Source of the DNA: an uncultured Pelagibacteraceae bacterium
Lineage (GTDB): Bacteria; Pseudomonadota; Alphaproteobacteria; Pelagibacterales; Pelagibacteraceae
Assembly: GCA_902537575.1 (NCBI GenBank)
Contig: CACBBX010000002.1
Coordinates: 9,222-73,221 of the forward strand
Direction of reading: 5' to 3'
Length of the DNA stretch: 64,000 nt
Below, one piece after another: positions 60,708-64,000 of this stretch (position 1 is the stretch's first letter; each line of letters opens with the position of its first letter). The notes below the pieces were generated by a model. The model was not told the DNA's origin, searched no databases, and worked only from the letters and a program-made list of their open reading frames with translations. A program made the position numbers and the translations under genes.

Positions 60708-63186
60708 GAAAAAAAATAAAATTACAGCTGTTCTTGGGCCGACCAATACAGGAAAAACTTATCTTGCAATAGAAACTATGCTTTCCTTTGAAACTGGAAT
60801 GATTGGCTTTCCATTGAGATTATTAGCAAGAGAGGTCTACGACAAAGTTATAAAAAAAATTGATATTAACAAAGTTGCTCTAATAACTGGAGAGGAAAAA
60901 ATTATTCCCTCTGGGGCAAAATATTTCCTTTGCACCGTAGAGTCTATGCCAATAGACAAACACTTGGAATTTGTTGCAGTAGATGAAATACAAATGTGTG
61001 CCGACCATGAAAGAGGTCATATATTTACTGATAGACTTTTAAATATGCGTGGAGAAAAACTTACCATGCTTATGGGATCCAATACTATGAAAAATATTAT
61101 TTCTAATTTAGACGAAGATATTGAGTTTATGAATAGAGAAAGACTCTCAAAACTGACTTATGCAGGTCATAAAAAAATTTCTAGAATAAATAGAAAAACT
61201 GCAATTATAGCTTTTTCTGCTGAAGAGGTTTATGCAATAGCTGAATTGATCAGAAGACAGAAGGGTGGGGCAGCAATTGTAATGGGCTCACTTAGTCCTA
61301 AGACGAGGAATTCACAAGTGGAACTATATCAATCTGGAGACGTCGACTTTTTAGTTGCAACAGATGCAATAGGCATGGGTATAAACATGGATTTAGATCA
61401 TGTCTATTTTTCTAACATTAAAAAATTTGACGGAAAAAAATTAAGACGACTTAATCTTGCTGAAATAGGACAAATAGCAGGTAGAGCTGGTAGGTACATG
61501 AACGATGGTAACTTTGGAATTACTGGAGATTGTAATCAAATTTCAGCCGAAGACGTAGATCTCCTAGAGAATCATAAATTTGAGGAAATAAGAACTTTAT
61601 TTTGGAGGAATTCAAACTTAAATTTTAATAACTCATCTAGCTTAATTAAAAGTTTAGATGAAAAACCTCACATGGAATGGTTAAGAAAAATACATGAGTG
61701 TGAAGATGAAAAAGCTCTTAAATTTTTTTTAAAAGATACTAATTTTATTAATTTAAAATTTGATCAGAAAACTCTAAGTCTCTTATGGGAATGTTGTCAA
61801 ATTCCTGATTTTGTAAAAAAAACTTATGGCAACCATTACGAGGTTATTAGAAGTGTATTTAAATTTTTAAGTAGTGATAAAAGAGTAATTTCAAGTGATT
61901 ATATGAGATTGCAGCTTATGAAACTTGACAAATTAGAAGGAAATGTTGACTCTTTGTCAAATAGAATTGCAAATGTTAGAACTTGGTCATATGTTTCAAA
62001 TAAAAACAATTGGGTAGAAAATCAGGATTATTGGATTGAGAAAACTAAACACTTAGAAGATAGACTTTCAGACAGACTTCATGAAGAACTTACTAAAACT
62101 TTTATTGATAAAAGAGCAAGTGTTCTTGCAAGAGGATTAAAACAAGACATGGAATTTAAAACAGAAATCTTAGAAAATAACGACGTAATGATTGATGAAC
62201 AATTTATAGGAAGAATTAATGGTTTAAAATTAGAATTAGACCTTAAAAAAGGTGCTTTAGAGACAGATATCAAATCCTTAAAAAAAGCAGCAAGACAGAC
62301 TATTGGGCCAGAACTTGAAAGAAGAATTCAAACAATTATTGATACAGGTTTAATTCAACTGCATGAAGATTTCAAAATTTATTGGAACGAATTTCCTATT
62401 GCAAGGCTTTCTACAGGTTCAGATTATCTAAATCCTAATTTTAATTTAATAATAGATGACATAATTGATCAAGGGCCTAAACAAAAATTAAATGATTATA
62501 TTTACAAATGGATTCAAACAAAAATCAAAGAGGTATTAAAAAGTCTTATTGACCTAAAAAATATTAAAGAAAATAACCCATCTATAAAAGCTTTGGCCTA
62601 TCAGCTTTATGAAAATAATGGTGTGCTAAAGAGGGATCAGGTTACTGAATATTTAAAAAATTTAGGTCAGAATGAGAGAAAAATTCTTAGAGAATTAGGT
62701 GTAAAATTTGGACGTTATCATGTTTTTCTACATCAATTAATTAAACCAGAAGCTGTTTCTTTGAGAACTCTATTATGGAAAAATTTTCACCAAAAATTTT
62801 ATAATTTAAAACCTCCTACATTTGGACTTAACTTTGTAGACAATAAAGACTTAAAAGATCAAAACTTCATGCTTTTATGTGGTTTTGAAAAATTTGACGC
62901 ATTCTTTGTTAGGATAGATATTCTAGAAAGGCTATTTATGTTAATAATTAATTCAAATCCTAAAGAAAAAAATGACATTAAAGTAGTTCCTGAAATGTTA
63001 AATCTTTTAGGATGTAGCAAAGAAAACTTTAAGAAACTCTTAAAAAAAATGAATTATAAAATATTTGAAAAAGAAAAAGAAATATATTTTAAATATAATC
63101 CAATCAAAAAATTCAAAAAAGGATCAATTAAAAAAGTTTCAAGAGAAAATCCCTTTGAAGTTTTAAAAAATTTAAACCTAAGATAG
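60706..63186 (+). CDS. Suv3/MgpS-like SF2 helicase
   Basis: GPTNTGKT, PLRLLARE, DEIQ, ATDAIGMGIN, QIAGRAGR. Confidence 0.9.
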   Translation: MKKNKITAVLGPTNTGKTYLAIETMLSFETGMIGFPLRLLAREVYDKVIKKIDINKVALITGEEKIIPSGAKYFLCTVESMPIDKHLEFVAVDEIQMCADHERGHIFTDRLLNMRGEKLTMLMGSNTMKNIISNLDEDIEFMNRERLSKLTYAGHKKISRINRKTAIIAFSAEEVYAIAELIRRQKGGAAIVMGSLSPKTRNSQVELYQSGDVDFLVATDAIGMGINMDLDHVYFSNIKKFDGKKLRRLNLAEIGQIAGRAGRYMNDGNFGITGDCNQISAEDVDLLENHKFEEIRTLFWRNSNLNFNNSSSLIKSLDEKPHMEWLRKIHECEDEKALKFFLKDTNFINLKFDQKTLSLLWECCQIPDFVKKTYGNHYEVIRSVFKFLSSDKRVISSDYMRLQLMKLDKLEGNVDSLSNRIANVRTWSYVSNKNNWVENQDYWIEKTKHLEDRLSDRLHEELTKTFIDKRASVLARGLKQDMEFKTEILENNDVMIDEQFIGRINGLKLELDLKKGALETDIKSLKKAARQTIGPELERRIQTIIDTGLIQLHEDFKIYWNEFPIARLSTGSDYLNPNFNLIIDDIIDQGPKQKLNDYIYKWIQTKIKEVLKSLIDLKNIKENNPSIKALAYQLYENNGVLKRDQVTEYLKNLGQNERKILRELGVKFGRYHVFLHQLIKPEAVSLRTLLWKNFHQKFYNLKPPTFGLNFVDNKDLKDQNFMLLCGFEKFDAFFVRIDILERLFMLIINSNPKEKNDIKVVPEMLNLLGCSKENFKKLLKKMNYKIFEKEKEIYFKYNPIKKFKKGSIKKVSRENPFEVLKNLNLR

Positions 63187-63191
63187 TCATT

Positions 63192-63608
63192 ATGTTTTTT
63201 AAAAAAGATGATAAAAAAATTGATGATACCTTTTTAATTAAAGTTGGTGCTTTGTTAATCCATACAGCAAAAATTGATGAAGATTATACTGACAACGAAG
63301 AAGAAATAATTAAAAAAACACTTTTAGAATTAGGAGTAAAAAAAGAAAATCTTTCTTCCTCAATCAAGGAAGCAAAAACCATTGAAGAAAATTCAAATCA
63401 AATTCTTGAATTTACAAGAGAAGTAAAAAATTTACCTGAAAATGAAAAAATCAAAATAATAGAGGCGCTTTGGGCTATTATATACTCAAACAAAGACGCT
63501 GATTTATACGAAACTAATTTAATGAGAAGACTTGCTGGACTGCTTTATATGGATAGCAAAATTATGGGAGATATTAAAAACAAAATTAAAAATGAAAGTT
63601 TAAAATGA
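63192..63608 (+). CDS. TerB-family protein
   Basis: [17 protein letters not shown]...LWAIIYS...[13 protein letters not shown]. Confidence 0.8.
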   Translation: MFFKKDDKKIDDTFLIKVGALLIHTAKIDEDYTDNEEEIIKKTLLELGVKKENLSSSIKEAKTIEENSNQILEFTREVKNLPENEKIKIIEALWAIIYSNKDADLYETNLMRRLAGLLYMDSKIMGDIKNKIKNESLK

Positions 63609-63931
63609 CTTATCTTGTTAATGATAAATGTATCAAATGTAAATTGACTGACTGCGTAGATGTATGTCCTGTTGATTGCTTTTATGAAGGAAAAAATATG
63701 CTTGTAATTAAACCTGATGAGTGTATAGATTGTGGCGTTTGCGAGCCAGAATGTCCTGTTGATGCCATTAAAGCTGATACAGAGTCTGGAAGTGAAAAAT
63801 GGTTAGAGATTAACAAAAAATATTCTGAAATCTGGCCTAATATAAGTGAAAAAAAAGATCCTCCACCGGATCATGATAAATTTAAGGATGAGCAAAATAA
63901 GTACGAAAAATATTTTAAAGAAAATCTTTAA
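63605..63931 (+). CDS. fdxA: FdxA-type ferredoxin
   Basis: [18 protein letters not shown] and [12 protein letters not shown]. Confidence 0.95.
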   Translation: MTYLVNDKCIKCKLTDCVDVCPVDCFYEGKNMLVIKPDECIDCGVCEPECPVDAIKADTESGSEKWLEINKKYSEIWPNISEKKDPPPDHDKFKDEQNKYEKYFKENL

Positions 63932-63950
63932 CAGAAAAGCCGAAAAAAAA

Positions 63951-64000
63951 GTGAAAAAAAAAGTTGCTAAAAAAAAAGTTACTAAAATTAAAATTAAAAA
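63951..64000 (+). CDS. Start of a Lys-rich ORF, partial; possibly the N-terminus of CarD by synteny
   Basis: GTG followed by KKKVAKKKVTKIKIK, open to the window end. Confidence 0.35.
   Translation, partial: MKKKVAKKKVTKIKIK

Overview
A very AT-rich, tightly packed alphaproteobacterial chromosome segment. Gene content, near-absent intergenic space and many overlapping start/stop codons point to a SAR11 / Candidatus Pelagibacter-type genome (inference). Most of it is housekeeping: his genes, murA, dcd, rpmH-rnpA-yidD-yidC, argB, dapD/E, truA-fmt-def, aroK/B, bolA, J-domain-cobS-cobT, regB, gyrB, lepA, thrS-infC-rpmI-rplT-pheS-pheT, gltD/B, uppP, aceE/F and a helicase-TerB-fdxA block. There are five tRNAs (His, Phe, Thr, Ser, Arg). 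I saw no CRISPR array, transposase or prophage. The most notable points are: (1) an unannotated 42-aa ArfA-like ribosome-rescue peptide; (2) a co-oriented three-nuclease cluster (RmuC, a phage/MGME1-like PD-(D/E)xK exonuclease, an ExoI-like enzyme); (3) three of the five tRNAs break near-universal T-arm/elbow rules, and several tRNAs sit 4-5 nt from protein genes; (4) an adjacent HDAC-family deacylase and SET-domain methyltransferase; (5) a J-domain/CobS/CobT module with no cobN; (6) several small ORFs missing from the ORF track and one candidate structured RNA. All family assignments come from motifs read by eye; no database search was run.
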